This document shows, piece after piece, positions 50,236-61,882 of a stretch of DNA of 64,000 nt. The notes under the pieces were generated by a model. The model ran no database searches, was not told the origin of the DNA, and saw only the letters and a list, made by a program, of their open reading frames with translations. The position numbers were made by a program, and so were the translations under genes. Source of the stretch: Phoronis australis (taxonomy: Eukaryota; Animalia; Phoronida). The DNA is taken from positions 406,815-470,814 of the forward strand of contig NMRA01000292.1 in NCBI GenBank assembly GCA_002633005.1. Reading direction: 5' to 3'. Each line of letters begins with the position of its first letter. Position 1 is the first letter of the stretch.

Positions 50236-51234
50236 CTGTAAGAGAGCAGACTGTTCTCAGAACATTGCTAACAGTGGCGGCTCTTGTTCGACCATCAAAA
50301 TTACCGCCATTACTAGACGCCACTGATTTTCCCATTTTATGAACTGCAAAATATTGACATCTTGAAGAGATTCTATTATTTAGTCATATACACTGTATTT
50401 CGAATGATAAGAATCGTTTTAAGTTTTCAAAAGGATACTAAGCACGGCTTTGATGGTTTTCACCAATCCATTGGAATCTGCCTGAGTAGTAAAGGCAAGA
50501 TTCAACCGACAACGCATACTAACAATGTGACATATGTAAAGCGTAGGTCACGCTAGCTGAACCGTTTAGGATACTTTGTAATTTTCAAATTTTGCTCCAA
50601 AATGTTGAGGGTTGCTGAGGATTATAGAGCATTGTTTTGTTTTAGAGAGATGGATGGGAAAGTCGAACTCAACCTTGAAATCCAATAGTTTATTAGTACG
50701 TTTTCGTTCTTCTTCGTACGTAAATCGTTTAAAGGGACATCATTGGTTTTACGGAAGAAAAGACATTTTAAGGGTCATTGTTGGCAAGGATAGAAGTTAT
50801 TAGCTTTGACCAGAGATACAAAACAACAATGTCCGTTGTGTTTTGTGGTTTTATTACAAATTGTCAATTTTCGAAACTGTCAGCCAGCCATTTGCTGAAA
50901 CCAAGGCCAATGACTTTTCAAATTAATTACTCTTAAAACAATTTGCCATTTATTATACCTTACCCCAGGTTAATCGTGACTGAAAATTTAGCCGTAATTA
51001 TAATGTGACTAATCTGTGAGTAAACAATTAGTCATGACTGGAATGTGACTAGGATGTCTTCAAATACGTGATAGAGTTAGTAGCTCTATCACGTATGTTA
51101 CATAATGTACACTGTATCGGTGTGACTTAATTGAGACTAGTCCATCTTTGTATCTTTGGGTGTAACTAAATTGTGACTAATATACATTTGCCTTGTATGG
51201 GTGTGACTAAATTGTTGTCTCATTTTGCACTTAA

Positions 51235-51472
51235 TGACCCCAGCATTAAAGCTATACGTTCGAGTCTGAACTCGAAATTTCGAGTTCCAGCTCAAGTTTG
51301 CAGGTCATATCTAAGGATCACCAAATGCGAACTTGAAGTAGACACCCAAGTGCGTGAGCCATAATCTACCCGATGATGGAAAAAACAATTATCATGAATT
51401 TGTAGAAAAGTAGAACAGAAACTATCAAAGATATTGTCGACTTCGAGTAAAAAGGTTAGACTCAGGACCCTG
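51235..51472. mobile_element. Degraded relative of MITE family A
   Basis: AACTCGAAATTTCGAGTT and TTCGAGTAAAAAG motifs shared with family A. Confidence 0.45.
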
Positions 51473-51699
51473 GTTTGTACAGCTGCTCAGTGATTGGTTA
51501 ATTTCAAATTCCACAGATGTGGCGGCTGATTTGTATTCAAACTGAGATATTGAAATTACAATGTCAAGCTTCTCATAAGTAGTGAAAAATACTACACCAT
51601 GCATTTGTAGAGCGTTATGTTGTGTGCTACATTAGGTCATTAGCATTTTAGCTGCAGTACACTCATTCCTAACCACAAGTGTAGCAACATGTTGACCTT

Positions 51700-51921
51700 G
51701 GGCCCGTTCCAAGAAACTGACTTAAGTTCATTTTTACTGAAGTCTAAGATTTGTCTTAACTTTGAAACTTCCACATCCGGTAAGATAGTCAAAATTAAGA
51801 CAAAACTTAATTAAAAACTTAGGTCAAGCTTAAGATCTCTTTCTTGAAACGGTGTCTTGTCTTAAAATTGAATGAAATTTAAGATTTATCTCAGCTAAGT
51901 CAGCTTTCTTGGAACCGGCCC
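51700..51921. mobile_element. MITE family B copy
   Basis: GGGCCCGTTCCAAGAAA...TTTCTTGGAACCGGCCC flanked by CTT/CTT; inverted homologue of 16448-16698. Confidence 0.75.
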
Positions 51922-52417
51922 CTTACTAAGTTTGAGTGAAAGGCTAACCAAAGAGTTAAGTCTGCTGTAAAGTCACAACAATTTTCATCATTTATTGAGT
52001 CACAAAGTATTCAAGAATTTGCACTAATATTTACAGGAGTCCAGTTTGGCTAGAAGTTCTAACAACCTGTAATTAACAGCTGGGTTTAGATATGATTTCA
52101 TTGCCTTTAGGCTTGAATATTAGGAGATGCATGTTGGTCATTGTATTCAGTGAAAATAGCTTGGGACTAGCTTGAGCCTTTTCTTATGACAGTGTTTAGC
52201 TGCCAGGTGGACCTGTAGGCATTCATGCACTTCGCTTGCTGTTTGGAGAGACATATTATTTGCACTTCTTCACATTTCATCAACTGAGTATATAATACAA
52301 AACTTGTCAGCATAGCAAAACAATGCAGCATCAGCAGAGAGGAGAATCGCAAAAACATTCTGTGTACATCAAACTATTGAGTTCTGGTTAGATATTCGAA
52401 CATTTAAATGGTTATAC

Positions 52418-52538
52418 CTGACAACCGTTGGGAACATCTCCGCCGAGTATAAATATTGGACACAAAAACCAGCGGCAATCGTCACTCGCCCTAGCAACGC
52501 GAATCCTGTTGGAAGCCAAGCAATAGCGACACCCTCAG
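52418..52538 (-). CDS. SLC22-like exon (TM10, AEMFPTVVR)
   Basis: EGVAIAWLPTGFALLGRVTIAAGFCVQYLYSAEMFPTVVR; ttctag / gtataa; phase 1->2. Confidence 0.92.
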
Positions 52539-53940
52539 CTAGAATAAAAATTTAATGACATTGTTGATTTCAAATTTTTGACAAAAATACGCAACGTGAT
52601 GGCCAAAGTTTATGGGATGCGTTCCATTAACAAAAAGAAACTCGAAAAACGCAAGATCATGCAAGTATTCGCGAGATATCGTCATGTATTGCAAGGTGAG
52701 CGAAATACGTGATCACTTTCTCTCGGGAGTCTTGCGCCTACGGAACGCATTAAAGAATATCGCCAAACATTTCTAGAGAAACGCGTGATCCGCAGTGGGT
52801 TTCGTACACCCTTTCACAGTGCTACGAAAGGTAGCACTGTGGAATGTTGTTTATCATGGCTTCTCATTGCTTAAAGTAATGAAACCGACGTCATAACATT
52901 CAGTAATTCCCATTGGTTGAACTCTGGGAAATCCATTTCAGTTTACTGTTACGCAGTATGGCGACAACCTTTGACTTGAATAGTTGCAATTTATCAAAAC
53001 AGGCAGTGATCGAAGTAAACAAAATCAAGGGAACCCCCAGCCCAAGGCTAAGCCTAAACAAGTACAGTGCATGGAACCAAGCATGTGCATTGATGCCCTC
53101 ACACGGAATTCCGTGTGTCGTTCATCAGGGCCACTTCTCAGTATAGGTGTCGGATGATATAGGTTTCGACGATTAAATGCTACTATGACTTTCGTCCTTC
53201 CGGCTGTCATGTGGTGACTGTACGAAAGTCATATAAACTAATCGAGAGGAACGCGTAGATGACACTTTATGCAACCTGTTCACGTCAGTTACGAACGCTT
53301 CGGTCGTTCTTTACATGCACACCGTGATTTAATCCCCCCGCGAAAAGTCAAATTTCCAGCTGAAATTGATGTGGATTTGTGTAGAATTTTGGATTAGAAC
53401 ATTATTTACATTTCACAATCCAAAATCAGTTTTGTAAGATACTTCACGTTTGTTAGCTCCGGGAGCCTCATGGACACGTGTATATTTATGGCTGTTTGTA
53501 GGCTGAATAGGCTGAATGTGATTTGCATGTCACCTAACTCACATTTGAGTATGAACTGTTGTGTGCTGACTTGATTTATACAGTTGGGTGGGCAGTGCAT
53601 ATTTGGCGTCAGAGAGGAGAGGATGGGAGTGGCAATATTGAGGTATTTTCATGGTATTTTCGAATTTGCATTTTGAGTGTATCGGTGAGGTTTGCTATGC
53701 ATTTTGTTTTTTATTATTGTAGAACTGAAACAGAGAAGAACTGTGAGAATGTAAATGAGAAATGTTTCAAGTCTCTTAATAAAGCACTCTTAAAGCCATT
53801 AACTCCTTGACTTGCCGACGCTCGCAAGTTTTGTTAATAATTCTACAAAGAAAAATCTTTCCCAAATTTGCTATATTTTGGGCACAGAACAACCAAATTT
53901 AATGTTTAGAAGAAATTACTACACATCTTCACACACTTAC

Positions 53941-54026
53941 CTGTTTTTGAAGGAATACATCCAGCTAAGATACAGCATACCCCACCTATTGCATAGTAAC
54001 AAGCTAGAGGGCGCAATCGACTGCAT
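53941..54026 (-). CDS. SLC22-like exon (TM9)
   Basis: (R)CSRLRPLACYYAIGGVCCILAGCIPSKT; tttcag / gtaagt; phase 2->1 bridges the neighbouring exons exactly. Confidence 0.85.
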
Positions 54027-55699
54027 CTGAAATTTTAAATCACGAAAAGCAGATTTTGTAGATATACATTATTTGAAAAGGTATGCAAACCATTTCACGT
54101 CAGTGTTAATACTGCAATAATGATTTTGATACGAATTTGATTGTCTGAAAGGCAAACCGAGTCAAACGTATCATCACACTTCGTAACTGCACCCTTTTCC
54201 GACTTCAGTGAAATCTGGCAAAAGAGCAGGTGCAAGTCAAAATGAGGCTTTTTCGGACACGGGTGGGCCTCTAACGTAAATTGCAACGAACTTTTGCAAA
54301 AAAATTCTCCATTTATGATGCCTAAGCCGCGTAAGAAAGTGAGACGGAGAATATGCTCTTTGGGGTCAACGAAAACTCCCAGTAGTTTTCAAAAATGGCA
54401 CATCGATGGTTCCTGCGGCAGACTGAAGTAAAATTTGCCGCTGGTAGCATCTAAAGGTGACATATGAATTCAAAATAGTACCATTTATTAAAAACAGCAC
54501 GTTTTCCAAGTTTAAGCTGTCACACTTTAGTACCGAATTGAGATACCCTTGTTTTTTTCTTTTTCAATAAAACTATTTGAAATATTTCAACATTTTACAG
54601 ACTAATTTGCCGGACGGGTACAAACGTCCTGTCCACAGTTTGGTTTGTACACGTGAAACATAATTTTCATTTCGCATCATATCACTCGAAGTTTGAGCAT
54701 TCACGGTTCGCATACTAATTGCTGAAAACATGTGTATGTTGAAATACAGGTAGGAAGACATTTAAAAGCACCCATAAACCTGTGTTCCGTCGAAGGAAGT
54801 ACCTTTTGATTTAGGCCATTTGCCGCTATAAAATTGGTCTCAGTTTGTTCTTTTCTCTCATCAGAGTTGATTTGTGGTCATGCAGATTTGACGGTTCGTT
54901 ATTGCTTGAGAGCATGCTCTGCGCATCAACGACACCTCGTGACGAGTCAACATGTAGAGCCTCGGTCTCAAGTAATCACGAAAGGTCAGCTATTTCCAAT
55001 CCCAGAAATTAACATCTATATTTGACAAGTAAGAAACAGCTGGAGACCAAATATGTAGCAGTAAGTAGATCAGAAGGCGGGTTCATAGCCGCTTCGAGTA
55101 TTTTTGGCGCTCCACAATACGATCGGGGGTTTTCGTGTGCAGGACCCACCGGCCTCGTGCCCATAGTTGCGTCCCAACGCAGTCACGTTCTTACTTCGAT
55201 GCGATTAGATCGCTTTGTCATTTTTAAAGTTGTAGTCCACTTACAAGCACAAAAGTGAACCGACTAACGTGCAGTCCCAGTCAAGTGGTGCAGATGACTC
55301 TGGGATTGGTTTCATGGAGAGTGACTTATGAATTTTAAATGAACAAATATTTGTCTAAGTTAAGACCAAACTTCGGGCTATGTTAAGACCGAACAAAAAT
55401 TTGGAAAAGACCGTTTCGTGAACACAAAGTCGCTTTTTTGTCTTCAGTTTTAACTTAGTCTGAAATCAAGTCGGTTTTTAGACAGTTGAGCATCCAAGCT
55501 ACGTTTTCGCCAAATTTTCATAAAAATAAAGTTAAGTGGTGTTATTTGTGAAATACGGTTTCAAGAACAATCTTTGTCTTAATGTAAATTTATTTCCAAA
55601 CTTTTTTATGCACTTAGGGTCTAGTTCACTGGAAAACATCATTTCAGATGTTCATGTAATCAGAATCAGAAATGTCTGTTGTATGTAGGCCTTGGCCTC

Positions 55700-56130
55700 A
55701 TAATACAGTTCACATTACAACCTAACAATGATAAAATTTCAGCTCTTAGCATTGTTGCTCGTGAAATATATAGGACAGGGCAGTGACACCTAAAATGAAT
55801 CTCGTTTTCAATTTGACCAGTATTGGGTATTAAACAAATTTTCTCGTCTTCGGTTAGACCTGCGTGGGGCCGTGTTTCAATATAAAGCTTGTGCATTGAG
55901 CACCTACAACGAGCAAGTATTCCTTAGGTAGGGGTGTAAAGCGTACTCATATTTTCACACTGTAGATCCGTTTTGATAGTACAATAGAATTTATATTTAG
56001 TCGAATTCTTAATTAAAGGGTGCCAATTTTGTACGTCACAGTCAATTAATCTCTGACGAAATTCTGAAAGGAATAAATCTACGTCACACGGTCCGTATAA
56101 ACCATACCTCTCCAAACCCGTAGGTGTACA
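55700..56130 (-). mobile_element. 3' fragment of a non-LTR retrotransposon (RTE-X/L2/CR1-group C-terminal CCHC region)
   Basis: FLSEFRQRLIDCDVQNWH and HKLYIET..EKIC..IENEIHF..HCP.LY. Confidence 0.65.
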
Positions 56131-56357
56131 GTAGCTAACGAATAGACGAAACTTCGATTTATCATGAACTTCTTCATTTGTGCGGCGATCTTCCAGTTTT
56201 TAATCAAACTGTACAATAGCAGTTTTGTAGAATATGCCCAGCTGTGCCTGCCACCGTCCTCACATTATTGCCGTTACATACTGTAATACTGAACTGAATA
56301 TCTCTGAGCCTTCATAAAGCAGCCTTGTCCAGTAAACAATAGGCTTAAACATATGTT

Positions 56358-57057
56358 AGATGTCCCGAAAAGTGAGCCACGTTTTGACAAGTAATTTCTC
56401 AGCAATTGAGGAGCAAAATTCCTTCAAATTATTCACAATGTATCTTATGGGTGTCACCAACACGTCTACAAAGTATCTCAGAGAAATCTAAAAAATATGG
56501 AAGTACTGAGAAATTCACTACAGCAGGGGAAAATACAATATTCGTGTCTTTCATCGTCTTCATGCTGTGCTGTGTGCTGGCATGTCAGTCAAGAAAATGT
56601 CTGCCTGGGTCACAGGTCTATTGTTTTTTTTTATTGCCAGATCTGTCTCCAAATCATTCCTGTCCAATATTCCGGTTTGTAAGGATGTCTTTGATAGTAA
56701 TAAATTTATTATTGAAACCTGTTTCAAGGAGAAAGGGTGGGGCGAAAGAAGAATCGTAAGGGAGTCTGCAGGAGAAGGGTGGAGTCGTGCCACTGTAAAT
56801 AGACTTATTGCTAAAATACGCAGCACAGGGTCTGTTGCGCGTAAAAGTGGAAGTGGGAGACCCAAGACTGCATGTTCGAAAGAAAACGAGGATCGTGTTG
56901 AGGAACTGATTCAATCCCAGAAGGACAACCCAGAGAATCACAAATCTCTGAGAGAAGTTGCAAGCGATTTAAAAGTGAGCAAGTCCACTGTGCAAAGAGT
57001 GGCGAAAAAATGGAGCTAAAACCCTTCAAAAGGATGTGGGTTTCACGGCGAGATCAA
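56358..57057 (+). mobile_element. 5' half of Tc1/mariner (maT) element, same family as 41160-42360
   Basis: ORF 56567..57019 (FIIETCFKEKGWGERR..RKSGSGRPKTACSKENEDRVEELIQSQ) is nearly identical to 42010..42282 and is truncated before the DDD domain. Confidence 0.85.
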
Positions 57058-58022
57058 GGTGTTCTGAAAAGGATACTAAACCCTGTTTTGGTGATTTCAA
57101 CCAATCCTCGTTCTGTCACCTGCTATTCTTTCGCGTCCCACTTGAATTATAAAAGGAGGGTTCAACTACAAAACTCATACTCTCTGTGTCACAGATTGGA
57201 TGTTGTGGTTCTAGGTGAGTGGTCTTTCCCCACAGTTGCCGTGTATTTCACCTTAAGCGTTGGTCACATTCAACCGTTTAGCATGCAGTTGAAAGGAGTT
57301 TCAAAAAATTTGCTCCAAATTTTCGAAGATTGTCGAGGGCTACAGAGCTTTATTTCGTTTCTGAGTATTGGATGGGAAAGTCAGTTTTAATAGTATTCTA
57401 TTAAAACGTTCACTGACTCTTCAATAAACATCATTTGGGCGGGTTCAGCGAATGAATGCTGAGTGTGCGGACAGGCAGCTTACGATTTTTTTTATTGTTT
57501 TCCATTAAAAACAATCTTGGTATGTCAGCAGAACATATTATTCCCGAAATATAATCAATTGTTCTTCTGTCCATTCGGGAATCTTTTGTAATTTGTTACA
57601 AAAACTCCACAATGTTTTGAGTAAAAGTGGTCGTTAACTGACCGAATGAGTGTACGACAAACGATTGAAAGCCCAAACATAATTAGCGGGTGTACTCAAA
57701 TGACAAAACAACTATTGACTTTCACACTCGGTCAATATGTTGGTTTTCAGACCCCAAAATGATAATGACCTTGGCTCCGCCTCGGTCGTCATTACATTTT
57801 TGAAGTCTGTAAACCAATATGCTGACCTCGGTGAAAGTCACTAATTGTATAATGACATCTTGCAGCTGAACCGTGTTCGAATAAATCAAGGCAAATGACG
57901 TAAGAAACCACTCAAGCACACTCAAAACATTGTTATCATCATTATTATTAAAATTATAATTACATATCATTCTAGATGTGAATTGAAAAGGAGGATGACC
58001 CAATGAAGTTTCGAACGCCTAC

Positions 58023-58157
58023 CTCATCGCGATGATTGAAGCAACAACGTAGGTGGGAACTTCTGTGATAGCACCAATGAGGAAGTTGACGTACCTATCG
58101 CCATCAAAGGCCGTGATACTGAGAGTCATCGCCAGGTAACAACCACACAAAGCAAAC
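58023..58157 (-). CDS. SLC22-like exon (TM7-TM8)
   Basis: (W)FALCGCYLAMTLSITAFDGDRYVNFLIGAITEVPTYVVASIIAMR; gtttag / gtaggc; phase 2->2. Confidence 0.92.
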
Positions 58158-59786
58158 CTAAACAATACATTGCCAATGTTATAAGTGTCCAAGTTATGGT
58201 TAGGTGTAACCCTATTTCACAACAAGAGCAAGTCAAATCGTTGTTATGCACCCCCAGTGCATCGCAAACGGTACACTTATAAAGAGTGCAATACAATAAC
58301 AGACGTTGTTTACGAGTGGTAGGTAGTCAAAATCGGGACATATTGAAAAGTAACATGCACTAGTGAGCTCCTTCACCGTCGTGTCAAATTTTGTCAAATC
58401 CCCGATACAGTTTTTTTGAGATATCTAGGGGAGATCTAGAGAACAGGACATCTGGACAAAATGGCCACTAGGGGTGCTGCAGTAGTAAAATACTCCAGAA
58501 AATCGTTTGGTGCCGACGAATTACAGTCACATGGCTCCGTGTTAAGTTTCATTGTTGCTGGTAGTAACATTCACAAGAGCCTAACAGAACGTTTTATCAG
58601 TGCTAAAGTCTAGGAAAGGTATTATCAAACCAAGTGATGAAGAAACGTTTCGCACGGGCAAGACTATGTTTTTGCTGCCGAGAAAATGCGTGTGCCTGTA
58701 TCCAAAACAAGGCACGGCGTCCGTGCAAAGAACTCCAACCAGTGCCTATGACCGATTAGGCACATACGCCTATGTGAAACACTTGGGTAAGCAATTTGCT
58801 TTGGAAAAGAGAATTCTTTCCGATACAGGTGCATGTGCGTAAATGCGCTCATGTATAGGTAAAATTACTAAATTCGACCCTACCCTCAAACTCACCAAAG
58901 TTTGGATTCGCCTTTGCCTTCACTGAGGCCTACTGACGCAATATCGCGTTGGCCCACTTGTACACATTCATGAGATTTCGCTAAAGGCAGATGCTTTTAG
59001 GGGGGCGACAATTTGTGCAATTTCAATGTGGCATCAAATTATGTCACAATCGGCACATGTGCCGGGTGCGTAGTATATGCCGTGAACGCCCTGGCGACAA
59101 TATTTGTCGATGAAAGAATGTTGTACAAAAGTACAGACAATACGTGGCCTTTGCCACAGAAACTGGACATGAAAACGAACAGCGAATTTGCCATGGTTTT
59201 ATATTGGATTGGTAAGAAAGTTCACCAGCTACAAATTGATAACTACTGAAGGAACCGGTCGATCATCGAGGTCTGAACCATTACTCTTTCCGTCTCCTCT
59301 AGCTTGGACCCATTTCCAGGGGGCCTTTGTACCTCAGTCATTCCCCATCCCGGTGTCGCTATAAACTGTGCATTGTGATCGCTATTTGCATGCATAGCAT
59401 GTCATGATCAGTACTTCTGCATGAATGTCATGCAGAACTACACATACAGTATTTGTTTGTGTTTGTCGAATTCTGGGAAACATATTTCATCTTGTACTCT
59501 TCATAATGAAAAATTATTAGCCGTATTCGTAAAGAATTAATTTGGCGTATTCAAAATACACAAACTTAGTGAAAACTCGTAAAAACTTCCCTAGTTTCAG
59601 TTCCAAACCATTCAAAACTTATCGAAAATGGTACGAAAGAAAGATTTACCAAATTTAAACAAGACTGTCTCACAACAGACAAAGCGGAGCGATCCCTTCA
59701 ACAAAAACCAAATCAATGTCATACCGCAGAAATATTTTAAGTAGCACTTCGAATTTCAATGTACCGCAATATTTCGTGATACTTAC

Positions 59787-60044
59787 CACTGAAAGAACAA
59801 TAACAAAGATCTCAGTCTCAATTTGGGTGTTTTTAGTAGATCAGTGAAAGAAAACGTCCTTTCTTTAACTTCTTCATCGTGAGATTTCTCTATCCGTTTC
59901 CGTTCCGTCAACAATGCAACGTGCTCATCAAACGATTCATCAGAAAATTGAACTTTGTTGAATTTCGCCGCCTTATGGAAGAATTGCCTCACATCTTCGT
60001 ACTTTTCCTTTGTCAGCAACCATCTTGGAGATTCAGGGATCAAC
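59787..60044 (-). CDS. SLC22-like exon (PESPRWL cytoplasmic loop)
   Basis: LIPESPRWLLTKEK..AAKFNK..FTDLLKTPKLRLRSLLLFFQW; ttgaag / gtaagt; phase 2->2. Confidence 0.95.
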
Positions 60045-60615
60045 CTTCAAATGCAAGCAGCAAACATAAGATTGTTCAACAATTACTCGAGATGAAAGTA
60101 TTTTGCAAATAGTCTGAAGATAAAAGTCCTTTTGAATTCTGAAAATGTACATAAAATAATATGACAGAAATCCCTAGAGACTAAAATGTACAAAGCGCCG
60201 AGCTTCGTTGTCTTTGATGCCCACATTTCTAACAAGAATGTTAGAGCTGAAATTGTTGTTAACTCAACAGACGGCAACGGTCCTACCTGCAGTAGTGGCC
60301 AAGTGGGACAGGTAGTCCACAGACGCCCCCATGCAGATAAAATACTCTCTGCTCTTAATCTATCCAGGTATTAAAAAGAAGAACCGTTAATCATTAGCAC
60401 CACCTGTTGAATATTAAGTATCCCGTCAAGCCATCTGTTCATCCATAATTCACCATGTCAGACATGCGAACATCAAACGTCGGTAAAATGTTGATTCGCA
60501 AATTCGAATCGTTGCGGTTGAGTTGATTTGATGAAAATGTTTCTTTTTGGATTCACTTAAACAGATTGCTTAAATAAGTATGTATTACCGTAATTGCTGT
60601 CTGATATGAGACGAC

Positions 60616-60799
60616 CAGTAGCGTGCTGAGGTTTGGTGATACCCGGGGCGATTTTTATTGGATGCCCTTCTCCCTGTACGCAAATGCATGCATCCCAGTA
60701 CTAAGTAAAAATTTAACTGCAAAAAGGCAGTCTCACTTTTAAGTTTATTCATAGTCATTGGATGCCCCCCCCNNNCCCCCCTCCTTTTGCACGCTACTG
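60616..60799. mobile_element. Short hAT-like MITE
   Basis: TIR CAGTAGCGTGC / GCACGCTACTG; 8-bp near-TSD GAGACGAC / GAGCCGAC. Confidence 0.7.
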
Positions 60800-60823
60800 G
60801 AGCCGACAGCTACATGTACGTAC

Positions 60824-61020
60824 CATACTTGACAGATCATGAGTACAGACGGCAAATGTATAGCGAGCTGAATGTAATGCCAGTCCTTTAGAAGGTAACT
60901 AATCAACGCTAAGTACAAGTTGCCAACACCATAGGCCAAATTCACCACAGACCCCGGGAATGTTCTAAGCGATGCTGGATAAATCTCAGATATTAACACA
61001 ACGGACGTCATTTCCAATCC
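60824..61020 (-). CDS. SLC22-like exon (TM4-TM6)
   Basis: GLEMTSVVLISEIYPASLRTFPG..ALISYLLKDWHYIQLAIHLP..QVW; tttcag / gtacgt; phase 0->2. Confidence 0.92.
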
Positions 61021-61882
61021 CTGAAAAAGTACAGATAGTAGTTATTTCTACTGTAAGCGACTGTTTACGTTTTTGTTCGTGTCGGTGTAAACTACTTTTA
61101 AACTACATATCTACCCTATATTTTCGTTATTCGTCACAAGTTGACTTTTTCAATGCCCGACGCTTGAATACGGTTGAATAACGTTTTCCGTGATCAGTCT
61201 CATTTTCCCAATAGAGCAGGTGACGACATAGGCACTGTTTGTCAGCTTATCATTGGCCGACAACGGATGGAGTGTCCGATTTTCAAGAGGAATTCGAGCG
61301 CTTAATCCAACGTGATCAGTACGATTTGTCTGACGAAAGCGATGACAACGAGCACCCGAACGCTTTGTCGCTGAGCCAAATCTCACGGTAAACAGTAGCT
61401 GAACATTTTAAATCTCCCCCGTTACTCCCTTCCAATAATCTGTAACCAGCTGGGTAACGTGATGGCATTGACCGTTGACCATTGTATAGGGTAACCTGAG
61501 TGCATTGACCGTTGACCATTGTATAGGGTTTTGCTACTGCGTCTAGTTTGATCTAATTTGTTAAAAGGGGGCGAGTTCGAGCCTTTTATTGGCACCATTG
61601 CCAATTATTTCTGTTGTTATATTGCAGTTTGAAATGGCAGTTGGTCTTGTGTACATGTATATATCCTGGGATTGGGGCCGGAGACCTATTTACTTGAAAT
61701 AAACGCTTGGATCTCACGGTCTTTCGTCGCCAACAACTTGCAAATACAAGCAGTTTGTGCAAGAATAAGTGACTGATAAAATTCCGTTTGAAGAAACCCT
61801 TGATGTCAGTTATCAGCTGTGCATCTTTTATCTCCAGCTTCGCATCAAATCCTGGCGTGGACTTGCTAGTACCGAAGCTAGT

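Larger units (their letters stand above)
47591..61020 (-). other. Gene model (3' part): SLC22 / organic cation transporter-like MFS protein; 5' exons lie beyond the window
   Basis: join(complement) 60824-61020, 59787-60044, 58023-58157, 53941-54026, 52418-52538, 50163-50235, 47591-47782. GT-AG introns, consistent phases. Hallmark motifs IPESPRWL, YSAEMFPTVVR and LPETKGRPL. Confidence 0.9.

Noticed and set aside
61693-61760. Possible upstream SLC22 exon (WRRKTV resembling GRRK)
   Set aside because: No hydrophobic TM segment follows and splice signals are poor; upstream exons probably lie beyond the window.
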